Of a stretch of DNA of 20,000 nucleotides, positions 1 through 8,672 are shown piece after piece. The stretch is from positions 52,705 to 72,704 of IMG/VR virus record IMGVR_UViG_3300042308_000967. One strand, 5' to 3'. Position numbers and translations under genes: made by a program. This stretch comes from an uncultured virus (IMG/VR IMGVR_UViG_3300042308_000967) (taxonomy: Duplodnaviria > Heunggongvirae > Uroviricota > Caudoviricetes). Position 1 is the stretch's first letter, and every line of letters begins with the position of its first letter. The notes beneath the pieces are model-generated. The model was not told the origin of the DNA, made no database searches, and saw only the letters and a program-made list of their open reading frames with translations.

Positions 1-2
1 TC

Positions 3-1361
3 TCCGATGATTTTGTTCTCAACAACGGTAATGTTGGTATAAACTCATCATCACCACAAGAAAAATTAGATGTTGTTGGTGTTGTAAAAGGACAAGACCT
101 TAAAGTTACTGGAGTTTCATCTTTCACAACTTATGAAGGTTTTCTGAATTCCAATCAGAACATCATTGAAAATGTATCAATATCTAATGGTTCAGAGAGT
201 GGTTCATTATCTGGTGAGATTATTGTAGGAACTGGAATCACAGTATCAGTTTCATCAGGGACAACAAGTTCTCAAGGTTATATTGATAGTCTGAAAGTTT
301 ATAATACTTTTACTGTACCGACTGGTGGAACTGTTGATAGACCATCAAAGTCAACACCAGGACAGTTGTTTTATAATAAAGACTTTAAGACGATTGAGTT
401 CTGGGATGGTAATGTATGGAGACAGGTTGATAATACGACGCAGAGTGGAAGAGGTGTTTTTGGTGGTGGATTTGTTGGACCAAATTATGTTTATACAATG
501 AACTATGTGAATATTGCATCCACCGGAAACGCAATTAACTTTGGTAGTATGCAAGCAGTTAATTACAATTATGCTTCTTGCTCTTCTTCAGATAGAGGGT
601 TATTTGCTGGCGGCGGTAATTATCCATCAGCAGCAGTAACAAATACAATAGAATACATTACAATTGCATCAGAAGGAAATTCTATTGACTTTGGAGACCT
701 TTCATCTGGTGGAGCAAGAGTAAGTGCGGGTGGATGTTCTTCATCAACTCGTGGAGTATTTGCCGGTGGTTATGGTCCATCACCATTTCCAAATACAAAT
801 ATTATTGATTATATTCAGATACAAACACTTGGAAATGCACTAGATTTCGGAGACCTAACGACTCCTACATCTGGTTCTGGTGGGTGTTCTTCATCAACCA
901 GAGGATTATTTTCTGGATTTTTAAATCCTGGAGGATTAATTGTATCAACAATAAATGCAATTACAATTTCATCCACTGGAAATGCTGTTACTTTTGGAAA
1001 TTTAACTTCTGCTTTATTTGAAAATAGTGGTTTATCTAACCAAACTCGCGGAATATTTGCGGGTGGTAGAGCACAACCAGGAAGCACGGCAGTATCTAAT
1101 ACTATAGACTATGTTACAATTTCCACATTTGGTAATGCATCATACTTTGGTGATTTGACCACAAGAAGAAGTTATTTAAGTTCCACATCAAATTCGATTC
1201 GCGGTTTATTTGGTGGTGGATATACACCAACTGCAACAAATGTAATTGATTTTATAACAATTTCTGCGACAGGAAATGCACAAGACTTTGGTGATTTAAC
1301 TTCTGGGAGATATGGAGTATCTGCATTATCAGACTCTCACGGTGGTCTTGGTGGTTTCTAA
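3..1361 (+). CDS. Propeller paralogue 1 (5'-truncated by window edge): fibre-like N-terminus, complete A+B anchor, six Kelch-like blades, tail SDSHGGLGGF
   Basis: The frame of the 366..1361 ORF is open from position 3 (SDDFVLNNGNVGINSSSPQEKLDVVG...VPTGGTVDRPSKSTPGQLFYNKDFKTIEFWDGNVW) and aligns with the N-terminus of 1392..2771 (STDFNLTSEQVGIGTTLPSARLDVAG). The TTG at 366 is therefore internal and the true start lies just upstream of the window. Six RG-x-F-x-G repeats follow. Confidence 0.9.
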   Translation, partial: SDDFVLNNGNVGINSSSPQEKLDVVGVVKGQDLKVTGVSSFTTYEGFLNSNQNIIENVSISNGSESGSLSGEIIVGTGITVSVSSGTTSSQGYIDSLKVYNTFTVPTGGTVDRPSKSTPGQLFYNKDFKTIEFWDGNVWRQVDNTTQSGRGVFGGGFVGPNYVYTMNYVNIASTGNAINFGSMQAVNYNYASCSSSDRGLFAGGGNYPSAAVTNTIEYITIASEGNSIDFGDLSSGGARVSAGGCSSSTRGVFAGGYGPSPFPNTNIIDYIQIQTLGNALDFGDLTTPTSGSGGCSSSTRGLFSGFLNPGGLIVSTINAITISSTGNAVTFGNLTSALFENSGLSNQTRGIFAGGRAQPGSTAVSNTIDYVTISTFGNASYFGDLTTRRSYLSSTSNSIRGLFGGGYTPTATNVIDFITISATGNAQDFGDLTSGRYGVSALSDSHGGLGGF

Positions 1362-1366
1362 TGTCC

Positions 1367-1374
1367 AATAAATA
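1367..1374 (+). promoter_or_regulatory. Putative T4-type late promoter (AATAAATA)
   Basis: One mismatch to TATAAATA, in the 30-nt intergenic gap upstream of ATG 1392. Confidence 0.6.
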
Positions 1375-1391
1375 CTTAAAAGCACTATAAT

Positions 1392-2771
1392 ATGCCTAGC
1401 ATCAGAATTGGTTTCTCAACTGATTTTAATTTAACCAGCGAACAGGTTGGAATCGGAACAACACTTCCATCTGCTCGTTTGGATGTTGCTGGTCAAATTC
1501 TTTCAGACAATTCATCAGGTAGTGGTGGTCTTTCTACTATCACCAGATATGATGGATTTTTAGATTCAGAGCAAAGACTTTCAGATAATGTTTCAATTGG
1601 TCAAACATCAAAAGGCAATCTAAACTCTCTATCAGGTGAGATTGTAATTGAAAATGAAATTACAGTCATTGATGGTACTCCACTTACAGGAGGACGATTA
1701 GATAGTCTTACAGTAACTGGTAAGTTTGATTTACCTCACGGTGGAACAGAAGATAGAGAAGATACACCAGAGAAAGGAAGCACAAGATTTAACCAGGATT
1801 TAGGACAACTGGAGTTTTATACTGGAACTGAATGGAGAACTGTTGGATCTTATGATGGAAGTGGAAGGGGGAGAGGTGTTATAGCAGGGGGAGTAAATGG
1901 TGCAGGTGCCGCTGGAGTTTATTCGGATATTGAATACTTGAATATTCAATCTCTAGGAAATACTCAAAGTTTTGGTGATTTAACAGTTAATAAATATTCT
2001 GGTGCCTCAATGTCTTCATCTACAAGAGGAGTATTTGCTGGAGGATGGGCGGCTCCAGTAAATAGCTATGATATTGAATATATTACTATTGCAAGTGGAG
2101 GAAATGCAATAGACTGGACTCAAAATAATACTGGCGGATGGGGTGCTATGGGAGCATCAAGTTCTACCAGAGGATTGAGTGCTGGTGGAGATTATCCAAC
2201 AGCAACAACAACTATTGATAGTATTCAATTTTCTACGATTGGGTCAAAAGAGGATTGGGGAGATATAACTGCTTTAAGAGGAAGAGGAACTGCGGGTTGT
2301 AACTCACCAACTCGTGCAATATTTTTTGGCGGATATGCTACTCCAGTACAAACAAGTAATATTGAATTTAAACAGACTGCATCAAATTCAAATACAGTAT
2401 TTTTTGGAGATTTGTTGAATCTAACTAGCCTTACTGGTGGTGGTGGAAATTCTGTAAGAGGAATTATTTGTGGCGGACTTCAAAGAACACCAGCAACATA
2501 TCATAAAATTATACAATATGTAACTATTGCAACCACTGGTAATGCTCAATACTTTGGGGATTTGAGTGATACTAAATCGGGGTCATTTAGTGTTTCTGAT
2601 CAAATACGAAATGTAAATTTTGGTGGTTATAATGGTTCATCGTATACAAATACTATTGAATATATTACTATTGCAACTGCAGGAAATACTCAAGACTTTG
2701 GTGATTTATCAATATCAGGATATGAACAAATGGGTATTTCAGACTCTCACGGTGGTCTAGGAGGTTTCTAA
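1392..2771 (+). CDS. Propeller paralogue 2: fibre-like N-terminus (VGIGTT.P...LDV), complete A+B anchor, six divergent blades, tail SDSHGGLGGF
   Basis: 459 aa ORF; LPHGGTEDR...GSTRFNQDLGQLEFYTGTEW, then six repeats. VGIGTTxPxxxLDV is a common phage fibre motif. Confidence 0.9.
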   Translation: MPSIRIGFSTDFNLTSEQVGIGTTLPSARLDVAGQILSDNSSGSGGLSTITRYDGFLDSEQRLSDNVSIGQTSKGNLNSLSGEIVIENEITVIDGTPLTGGRLDSLTVTGKFDLPHGGTEDREDTPEKGSTRFNQDLGQLEFYTGTEWRTVGSYDGSGRGRGVIAGGVNGAGAAGVYSDIEYLNIQSLGNTQSFGDLTVNKYSGASMSSSTRGVFAGGWAAPVNSYDIEYITIASGGNAIDWTQNNTGGWGAMGASSSTRGLSAGGDYPTATTTIDSIQFSTIGSKEDWGDITALRGRGTAGCNSPTRAIFFGGYATPVQTSNIEFKQTASNSNTVFFGDLLNLTSLTGGGGNSVRGIICGGLQRTPATYHKIIQYVTIATTGNAQYFGDLSDTKSGSFSVSDQIRNVNFGGYNGSSYTNTIEYITIATAGNTQDFGDLSISGYEQMGISDSHGGLGGF

Positions 2772-2772
2772 T

Positions 2773-4422
2773 ATGGCAAACTTAAGAGCAAACAATGTCT
2801 GTGGAACTGACGGAAGAAACGCAATCACTGGGTCTGTTGAGTTTGATGGCAATGACTACTTAACAGAAACATCAGGTGCAGGTGGATTTAATGCATCGGA
2901 AGGAGACTGGACTATAGAAGCATGGATGTATTGCAATGATGCTTCTCAACCAGACATATTAGTTAATGGAACAACTTCATCTAGTGATAGATTTTATATT
3001 CAGTTTATAGGACAGACAATTTATATTGGAGATAATACTAATAATATTATAGCAATTGGTGGAGTAAAACAAGTAAACAGTTGGTTTCATATTACAGTAA
3101 CAAAAAATTCTTCAACATATAGAGCATTTATAAATGGTATTCAAATAGGTTCTTCTACAACTCCTTTAGCAAATTATAATTTAGATTCTTTGACAGTAGG
3201 TTATAGAGGAAGTCAAGGATATTATACAAAAGGTTTTATATCTAACCTTCGTATTATCAAAGGTACTGCACTCTACACACAAAACTTCATACCACCGACA
3301 AGAAAACTCATAAGACTTCCAGGTACTGTTCTCTTATGTTGCCAAGATAATGCTAGTGTTACAACAGAAGCAACAGGAAAGACGATTACTGCAAATGGAA
3401 ATCCAGCAGCAAGAAGATTCGTTCCACAAGTCGGTTCTGATGGTGGTTTAGTTTTTGATGGAACCACAAAGATAAACACACAAAACTACTTCTATCTTCC
3501 AACAGGAACGACAGAGCAACAGTTTCCAAACTTTGCTGGTGTTGATGCTGCAAGTGCTCGTGGAATTTTTGCGGGTGGATTTGCTACACCAGCAAATTAT
3601 AATACTGTTGATTATATAACGATTGAATCTACAGGAAATGCTTTTGACTTTGGAGATTTAACACAAACAAGAGGATATCTTTCTGCTTGTTCGTCGCCAA
3701 CTCGTGGTGTTTTAGGTGGTGGTTATGTTGGAGCAACTGTAAACACAATTGATTATGTAACTATTGCGTCAACAGGTGATGCAAAAGATTTTGGAGATTT
3801 GTTTACGGGAAGATATGGTTCTGGTGCTTGCTCTTCATCAACTCGTGGAATTTTTGGTGCTGGATATTTTACACCATCTATAGTAAACTCAATAAATTAT
3901 ATAACGATTGCATCCACAGGAAATGCAAATGACTTTGGAGATTTAACTGAATCTAGAGGATATATTGGATCTTGTTCGTCAAATACTCGTGGATTGTTTG
4001 GTGGAGGCAATCCTATTGTTAATACAATAGACTTTATTACTATATCAACAACTGGAAATGCACAAGACTTTGGAGATCTCACAAATGCAAAATCTGCACT
4101 TTCTGCTTGTTCCTCTTCAACTCGTGGAGTATTTGGTGGAGGTTCTACTCCAACATTTTTAAATACAATTGATTATGTAACAATTGCATCCACAGGAAAT
4201 GCACAAGATTTTGGAGATTTAACCACAACAAAATCTTTTAATTCTGCGTGTTCTTCAAATACTCGTGGAGTATTTGGTGGAGGTCAAAACCCATCTGGAT
4301 TTACAAATGAAATTGAATATATCACTATATTAACACAAGGAAATGCACAAGATTTTGGTGATTTAACAGTAGTAAGACAAGCAACTGGTGCTTGCTCCAA
4401 CGGTCACGGTGGTCTTGGATAA
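2773..4422 (+). CDS. Propeller paralogue 3: A-only anchor interrupted by a LamG/concanavalin-A-like domain, then six blades
   Basis: 549 aa. GSVEFDG..DYL, DWTIEAWMY, WFHITVTK, AFING and GFISNLRIIKGTALYTQNF are LamG-like hallmarks (~2830-3420). LPTGTTEQQ is at 3496-3522 and there is no RFNTD module. Tail CSNGHGGLG. Confidence 0.9.
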   Translation: MANLRANNVCGTDGRNAITGSVEFDGNDYLTETSGAGGFNASEGDWTIEAWMYCNDASQPDILVNGTTSSSDRFYIQFIGQTIYIGDNTNNIIAIGGVKQVNSWFHITVTKNSSTYRAFINGIQIGSSTTPLANYNLDSLTVGYRGSQGYYTKGFISNLRIIKGTALYTQNFIPPTRKLIRLPGTVLLCCQDNASVTTEATGKTITANGNPAARRFVPQVGSDGGLVFDGTTKINTQNYFYLPTGTTEQQFPNFAGVDAASARGIFAGGFATPANYNTVDYITIESTGNAFDFGDLTQTRGYLSACSSPTRGVLGGGYVGATVNTIDYVTIASTGDAKDFGDLFTGRYGSGACSSSTRGIFGAGYFTPSIVNSINYITIASTGNANDFGDLTESRGYIGSCSSNTRGLFGGGNPIVNTIDFITISTTGNAQDFGDLTNAKSALSACSSSTRGVFGGGSTPTFLNTIDYVTIASTGNAQDFGDLTTTKSFNSACSSNTRGVFGGGQNPSGFTNEIEYITILTQGNAQDFGDLTVVRQATGACSNGHGGLG

Positions 4423-4425
4423 ATA
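4418..4425 (+). promoter_or_regulatory. Putative T4-type late promoter (GATAAATA) overlapping the stop codon
   Basis: One mismatch to TATAAATA; followed by a GAGGT RBS-like sequence and ATG 4445. Confidence 0.55.
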
Positions 4426-4444
4426 CTGATAGAGGTATAAGAAT

Positions 4445-5422
4445 ATGTCCGCAATTCCATCAGGTGCAATGAGATTTAACTCCGACTCACAGAAGTTGGA
4501 GTATTGGGATGGTTCGCAGTGGGTTCAGGTCAGCACATTCTCTCCAAACCTGAATGGTGGTGCTCGTGGTGTTTTTGGTGGTGGTTATACACCAACATCT
4601 ATTAATACCATTGAATACATAACAATCTCATCTACTGGAAACACAACTGATTTTGGAGATTTGCAATCCGCAAAACCATATATGGGTTCTTGTGCTTCTT
4701 CTACTAGAGGAGTGTGGGCAGGAGGTTCTCCTGGAATTAATACTATTGATTACGTAACTATATCATCTACAGGTAATGCGCAAGACTTTGGGGATTTATT
4801 ATATACTGCAATATTTGTTGCTGGGTGTTCTAATACAACTCGCGGAATATTTGGAGGTGGAGAACCTGGACCAGGTTCTTCTACCAATACTATCAACTAT
4901 ATCACTATCGCATCAACAGGTAATGCAGTTGATTTTGGTGATTTATTAGTTGGTGGAAATAGAACAGCATCTTGTTCATCATCAACTCGTGGTGTCTTTG
5001 CTGGATTTTTTGGAGCACCTTCAGTAAATACAATAAATTTTATAACCATAGCAACTCTTGGAAATGCTTTTGATTTTGGAGATTTAACATCAGCAAACAG
5101 AGGTAGAGCAGGATGTTCAAATTCTACTCGTGGGTTGTTTGGAGGTGGAGATCCGGCACTTAATAACATAGATTTTATTACTATTGCAACCATTGGAAAC
5201 GCACAAGACTTTGGCGATTTACTTCAAGCGAGACAATATCCAGGAGCATGTTCTTCACCAACTCGCGGTGTCTTTGGGGGTGGATACTCCGGTCCAGGTA
5301 CAAAAACAAATATTATTGAATATGTGACAATATTAACACAAGGAAATGGAATAGATTTTGGAGACCTATCCTCTACAGCATCTTCTCCTGCAGGTCTCTC
5401 CAACGCTCACGGAGGTCTATAA
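4445..5422 (+). CDS. Propeller paralogue 4: B-only anchor, six blades
   Basis: 325 aa; begins MSAIPSGAMRFNSDSQKLEYWDGSQW; tail LSNAHGGL. Confidence 0.92.
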   Translation: MSAIPSGAMRFNSDSQKLEYWDGSQWVQVSTFSPNLNGGARGVFGGGYTPTSINTIEYITISSTGNTTDFGDLQSAKPYMGSCASSTRGVWAGGSPGINTIDYVTISSTGNAQDFGDLLYTAIFVAGCSNTTRGIFGGGEPGPGSSTNTINYITIASTGNAVDFGDLLVGGNRTASCSSSTRGVFAGFFGAPSVNTINFITIATLGNAFDFGDLTSANRGRAGCSNSTRGLFGGGDPALNNIDFITIATIGNAQDFGDLLQARQYPGACSSPTRGVFGGGYSGPGTKTNIIEYVTILTQGNGIDFGDLSSTASSPAGLSNAHGGL

Positions 5423-6579
5423 TGGGAATATTACGCACTAATACAATCTCTGGAATTGGGTCTACGGATGCGGGAACAGTCTTTCAGGGTGTCACAAGGT
5501 TTGATACACAAGGATACTTTGTTGCACCATCAGGAACGACAGACCAACGCAACGCTGGTATTACAACAACAGACGGAACTATTAGATTCAACACAGACTC
5601 ACAGAAGTTAGAGTTTTATGCTCAAAGTCAGTGGTGGGAGATGGTGATTGATACTCCTGCACTTGGTGTTGCTGCTGATACTGGTGCTGGTGCTCGTGGT
5701 GTTTTTGGTGGTGGATATACAACTACCCCAACATCTGCTAATTTAAATATAATTGATTATATTAATATCTCATCAACAGGTAATGGTCTAGACTTTGGAG
5801 ACTTAACACAAATAAGATATGCATTAATATCATGCTCATCTAATACCAGAGGATTATTTGCGGGAGGATTTGTTTCAGCAATTGGTGTTGTCAACACAAT
5901 AGATTATATAACATTCTCATCAACAGGAAATGCTTTAGACTTTGGTGATTTAACAGTAGCAAGAAGGTATGGATCTGCTTGTTCATCGTCTACTCGTGGA
6001 ATATGGGGCGGTGGAGGATATGCTCCATCTCCACAATCAAATGTATTAGATTATGTAACGATTGCATCTACAGGAAATGCTGTTACTTTTGGAACTTTAA
6101 GCGCAGCAAAATCTGGAACAGCTGCTTGCTCTTCATCAACTCGGGGAATATGGGCTGGTGGATATACTGGTCCAGCGGCATTAACTAATACTATTGATTT
6201 TGTAACTATATCAACACTTGGAAATGCTCAAGATTTTGGTGACTTAACACAAATCAGAGATACTGTGAATGCTTGCTCATCTCCATTTAGAGGTGTATTT
6301 GGTGGTGGTACAACTCCTACATCTGTATCTACAATAGACTCTATCATAATTGCAACACTAGGTAATGCTATTAGATTTGGAGACTTATCTTCATCCAGAT
6401 CTCATGCTTCTTCTTGCTCATCATCTACTCGTGGTGTTTTTGGTGGAGGTGGGTCTCCTTACCCAAACATTATTGAATACATTACTTTTACAAATGCAGG
6501 AAACGCGGTTGATTTTGGAGATTTACAATTACCACGTGGATTGGGTGGTGCCTGCTCCAACGCTCACGGAGGTTTATAA
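5422..6579 (+). CDS. Propeller paralogue 5: complete A+B anchor, six blades
   Basis: 385 aa; TAATG overlap with the previous gene; APSGTTDQR...GTIRFNTDSQKLEFY; tail CSNAHGGL. Confidence 0.92.
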   Translation: MGILRTNTISGIGSTDAGTVFQGVTRFDTQGYFVAPSGTTDQRNAGITTTDGTIRFNTDSQKLEFYAQSQWWEMVIDTPALGVAADTGAGARGVFGGGYTTTPTSANLNIIDYINISSTGNGLDFGDLTQIRYALISCSSNTRGLFAGGFVSAIGVVNTIDYITFSSTGNALDFGDLTVARRYGSACSSSTRGIWGGGGYAPSPQSNVLDYVTIASTGNAVTFGTLSAAKSGTAACSSSTRGIWAGGYTGPAALTNTIDFVTISTLGNAQDFGDLTQIRDTVNACSSPFRGVFGGGTTPTSVSTIDSIIIATLGNAIRFGDLSSSRSHASSCSSSTRGVFGGGGSPYPNIIEYITFTNAGNAVDFGDLQLPRGLGGACSNAHGGL

Positions 6580-6582
6580 AAA

Positions 6583-7683
6583 ATGACTATTTTACGCGCA
6601 AATACAATCTCTGGACTTGGAACTGATGGTCCAGTATTTGATGGAAGTTTAGAGTTTAATAGTCAGAACTATGTGATTCTACCAAAAGGAACCACAGGTG
6701 ATAGAGTTGGTCTTGGTTCAACCGCAGGAGCATTGAGATATAATACTGATAGTAATAAGGTAGAACTTTGGGATGGAAACCAGTGGGTAGAAGTTCAGTC
6801 AAGTCGTCCAGATCTGAATGGTGGTGCTCGTGGTATTTTTGCTGGTGGTTATACACCAACAGTTGTCAATACTATTGATTATATCACTATCTCATCTACA
6901 GGAAATGCAACTGACTTTGGAGATTTATTTCAAGCAAGATTTTTTAATGGTTCTTGTTCTTCAAGCATTCGTGGAATTTTTGCTGGTGGTTCTACTCCTT
7001 CAAATGTTAATACAATAGACTTTATAACAATATCTTCAACGGGTAATGCCGCTGATTTTGGAGATTTAACTGAAATAAAACAGGCATTGAATGCTTGTTC
7101 TTCAAATATTCGTGGTATTTTTGCTGGCGGTTTTGTTACTCCAGTCAATACAAACACAATAGATTATATTACTATTTCATCTATAGGAAATGCAGTAGAC
7201 TTTGGAGATTTAACACAAGCAAGAAGATATCCTGCTGCTTGCTCTTCTGCAGTTCGTGGTATTTTTGGAGGAGGTTATACTTCAACACAGATAAACACTA
7301 TAGACTTTATCACAATATCAACTCTCGGAAATGCACAAGATTTTGGAGATTTAACATTGGCGAGAAGTAGTCTTTCTGCTTGCTCTTCTGCAGTTCGTGG
7401 TGTTTTTGGAGGAGGACTTTCAAATACAAACACGATAGATTATATTACTATATCAACACTAGGAAATGCTGCAGACTTTGGTGACTTAACACAAGTAAGA
7501 CATAATCTTGCTGCGTGTTCCTCAAGTATTCGCGGCGTCTTCGGTGGTGGTTATGCTCCAGGAAATACAAACACAATAGATTATATTACAATAGCAATAC
7601 AAGGAAATGCAATTGACTTTGGAGACCTAACTCAAGCAAGAAGAGGTCTTGCAGGTCTCTCCAACGCTCACGGTGGGTTGTAA
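6583..7683 (+). CDS. Propeller paralogue 6: complete A+B anchor, six highly homogeneous blades
   Basis: 366 aa; LPKGTTGDR...GALRYNTDSNKVELWDGNQW; tail LSNAHGGL. Confidence 0.92.
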   Translation: MTILRANTISGLGTDGPVFDGSLEFNSQNYVILPKGTTGDRVGLGSTAGALRYNTDSNKVELWDGNQWVEVQSSRPDLNGGARGIFAGGYTPTVVNTIDYITISSTGNATDFGDLFQARFFNGSCSSSIRGIFAGGSTPSNVNTIDFITISSTGNAADFGDLTEIKQALNACSSNIRGIFAGGFVTPVNTNTIDYITISSIGNAVDFGDLTQARRYPAACSSAVRGIFGGGYTSTQINTIDFITISTLGNAQDFGDLTLARSSLSACSSAVRGVFGGGLSNTNTIDYITISTLGNAADFGDLTQVRHNLAACSSSIRGVFGGGYAPGNTNTIDYITIAIQGNAIDFGDLTQARRGLAGLSNAHGGL

Positions 7684-7711
7684 AAACCGACCAAGCATCC
7701 TATAATAAATA
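7678..7711 (+). promoter_or_regulatory. Putative composite promoter: sigma70-like TTGTAA-N17-TATAAT overlapping late-type AATAAATA
   Basis: TTGTAA 7678-7683, 17-nt spacer, TATAAT 7701-7706, AATAAATA 7704-7711, and a second TATAAT at 7719-7724. Lies in the largest intergenic gap, ahead of the four-gene cassette. Confidence 0.55.
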
Positions 7712-7738
7712 ACACAGTTATAATAAAATTGAACTGAT

Positions 7739-8668
7739 ATGACGGAAAAAAGTTCTGCTATTACTTCTGTAGACATTACACCAGGCGCAGAGATTTCAGT
7801 TACAACGCTTAAGAAAGACCTAGCACAACTTGCATCTGGTCCTCTGCCACAAGAATACAAGGGAATGTTGACTCATATTGAAGAGACACTTCCTGCAACA
7901 CAAGCAGCGTGTGATAATTTCTATAAGTCACACTCACAGATGATGACTGTGACTTTGGACATCACAGACCTTACACCAATTCGTAGCATCAAGCATACAC
8001 TTGCAGCGATTGAAAGAACGAAGAGTGCTCTTGCAGAAGCACAAATCAATCGTCGCAAAAACGAAATCAAAATCAAAAAGAAGCAAAGAGAGATTGATGC
8101 TTGTGAAGATGACCTAGACCGTGAGGAACTAGAGATTGATATGATTGAGTTGATGAACAATAATATGAATATTGAAAACTCAATGAAGGGTGCAATTCGT
8201 AAGATGTCGTTCCTTATGACTCAATATCGTTCTGTCCTGGACCATATTGGTAAGGACCATATTACTGAAGAAGATTATGAACGTGAAGAGAAACGCTACC
8301 ACGTTATGACTGCACTGAAGCAAGCACTGAACTCTGCACGTCCTCGTGGTGGTGTGATTGATGAAGGCAACTCTATCTACCTGTTTGATATTGGGGTGAA
8401 TGTTGCACACGCACAAGCAGAAGTCTTCAATTATCTGAAGATTGAAAATGAACTGATTTCACAAGGACAAGCACCATCACACGAAATGACGATGGAGTGG
8501 TTAGAGAAGTGTGCTGATAAGTTCCAAGATTGTGCAGAACGTTTTGCAGAAAGTCGTGGATTTAAGGTTCTGGATGAGAAGTCTCTTGCTTGGCCTGAAG
8601 TTCCACCACTCCTTCCATCCACAGTTGACCAAGAGTTTGCTAAACTGAAAGCATCCGAAGAGGAGTGA
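7739..8668 (+). CDS. Hypothetical alpha-helical/coiled-coil protein
   Basis: 309 aa, rich in charged residues, with a heptad-like segment (IRSIKHTLAAIERTKSALAEAQINRRKNEIKIKKKQREID...IENSMKGAIRKM); no recognisable catalytic motif. Confidence 0.85.
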   Translation: MTEKSSAITSVDITPGAEISVTTLKKDLAQLASGPLPQEYKGMLTHIEETLPATQAACDNFYKSHSQMMTVTLDITDLTPIRSIKHTLAAIERTKSALAEAQINRRKNEIKIKKKQREIDACEDDLDREELEIDMIELMNNNMNIENSMKGAIRKMSFLMTQYRSVLDHIGKDHITEEDYEREEKRYHVMTALKQALNSARPRGGVIDEGNSIYLFDIGVNVAHAQAEVFNYLKIENELISQGQAPSHEMTMEWLEKCADKFQDCAERFAESRGFKVLDEKSLAWPEVPPLLPSTVDQEFAKLKASEEE

Positions 8669-8672
8669 TTTT

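Noticed and set aside
366..368. TTG start for the first ORF (and GTG start at 19922 for the last)
   Set aside because: Both frames stay open to the window edges with homologous or domain-consistent sequence, so both genes are truncated by the window.
3688..3708. SSPTR matches the sulfatase [CS]xPxR formylglycine motif, with a SPASM protein nearby
   Set aside because: Only a minority of blades have Pro here (most are SSSTR or SNSTR), the context is a propeller turn rather than a sulfatase fold, and the SPASM fragment cannot be assigned to the anaerobic sulfatase maturase family.
4445..4560. B-only and A-only genes as pseudogene fragments or frameshift errors
   Set aside because: All have intact six-blade or LamG domains and plausible starts, some with promoter and RBS. 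The short upstream gaps leave no room for a missing half, and the pattern recurs several times.
6841..6848. Chi-like GCTGGTGG octamers
   Set aside because: Explained by Ala-Gly-Gly codons in the blade scaffold; nothing indicates an enterobacterial host.
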